In this document: positions 63,983-64,000 of the stretch, piece after piece
Layout: the number at the start of each line of letters is the position of its first letter
Numbering within the stretch: the stretch's first letter is position 1
DNA from: Acidimicrobiales bacterium
GTDB taxonomy: Bacteria; Actinomycetota; Acidimicrobiia; Acidimicrobiales; VFJN01
DNA length: 64,000 nucleotides
Assembly (NCBI GenBank): GCA_036275535.1
Contig: DASUDP010000085.1
Coordinates: 14,674-78,673 of the forward strand
Reading direction: 5' to 3'
Program-made: the position numbers and the translations under genes
The notes under the pieces: model-generated
Database searches by the model: none
What the model saw: the letters and a program-made list of their open reading frames with translations, nothing else
Told to the model about the DNA's origin: nothing

Positions 63983-64000
63983 GCGAGCCGATGGCAGCGC

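Overview
This 64 kb window looks like conserved chromosomal core of a high-GC (roughly 70%) Actinomycetota-type genome, not an accessory island. I found no integrase, transposase, phage structural gene, CRISPR array, toxin-antitoxin pair, recognisable defence gene, rRNA or tRNA. About 60 CDS are tightly packed, and many adjacent genes overlap by 4 nt (GTGA or ATGA).

Coding content:
- Branched-chain amino-acid biosynthesis forms the backbone: ilvE (partial), leuB, an IclR regulator divergent from leuCD, leuA, ilvBNC and ilvD.
- Other core genes are serA, serC, gatCAB, ligA and greA. From memory, the gene order resembles the Mycobacterium Rv2987c-Rv3015c region.
- Interspersed genes include a nucleoside uptake and salvage operon (BMP lipoprotein, ABC ATPase, two permeases, cdd, deoA), two acyl-CoA synthetases and an F420-type LLM oxidoreductase.
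- There are also M1, S9 and C69 peptidases, two MFS transporters, two TetR regulators, an Rrf2 regulator, an ECF-type sigma factor, a four-PASTA Ser/Thr kinase, a small LPXTG protein next to a DUF4012 protein, and a holin-like three-gene membrane cluster.

The most interesting signals are non-coding:
1. Three ribosome-attenuator-like leaders share one architecture: a short leader ORF rich in the cognate amino acids, a GC hairpin abutting its stop codon, then a terminator hairpin with a T-run. They sit upstream of leuB-ilvE (MSMTAQAVIIIV), leuA ([11 protein letters not shown]) and ilvBNC ([11 protein letters not shown]).
2. Two families of intergenic repeats are present. One is a 64-bp unit with 13-nt terminal inverted repeats at three loci, twice as 83/84-bp tandem duplications. 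The other is a 53-bp long-hairpin element at four loci.
3. A near-identical 16-bp palindrome precedes both a TetR/ferredoxin divergon and a distant MFS pump gene.
4. Three genes are disrupted: an amine oxidase with a large internal deletion, and a C69 peptidase and a sigma factor with single-base frameshifts.

I do not see convincing evidence for a novel multi-gene system in this window. The candidates worth follow-up are flagged with modest scores.
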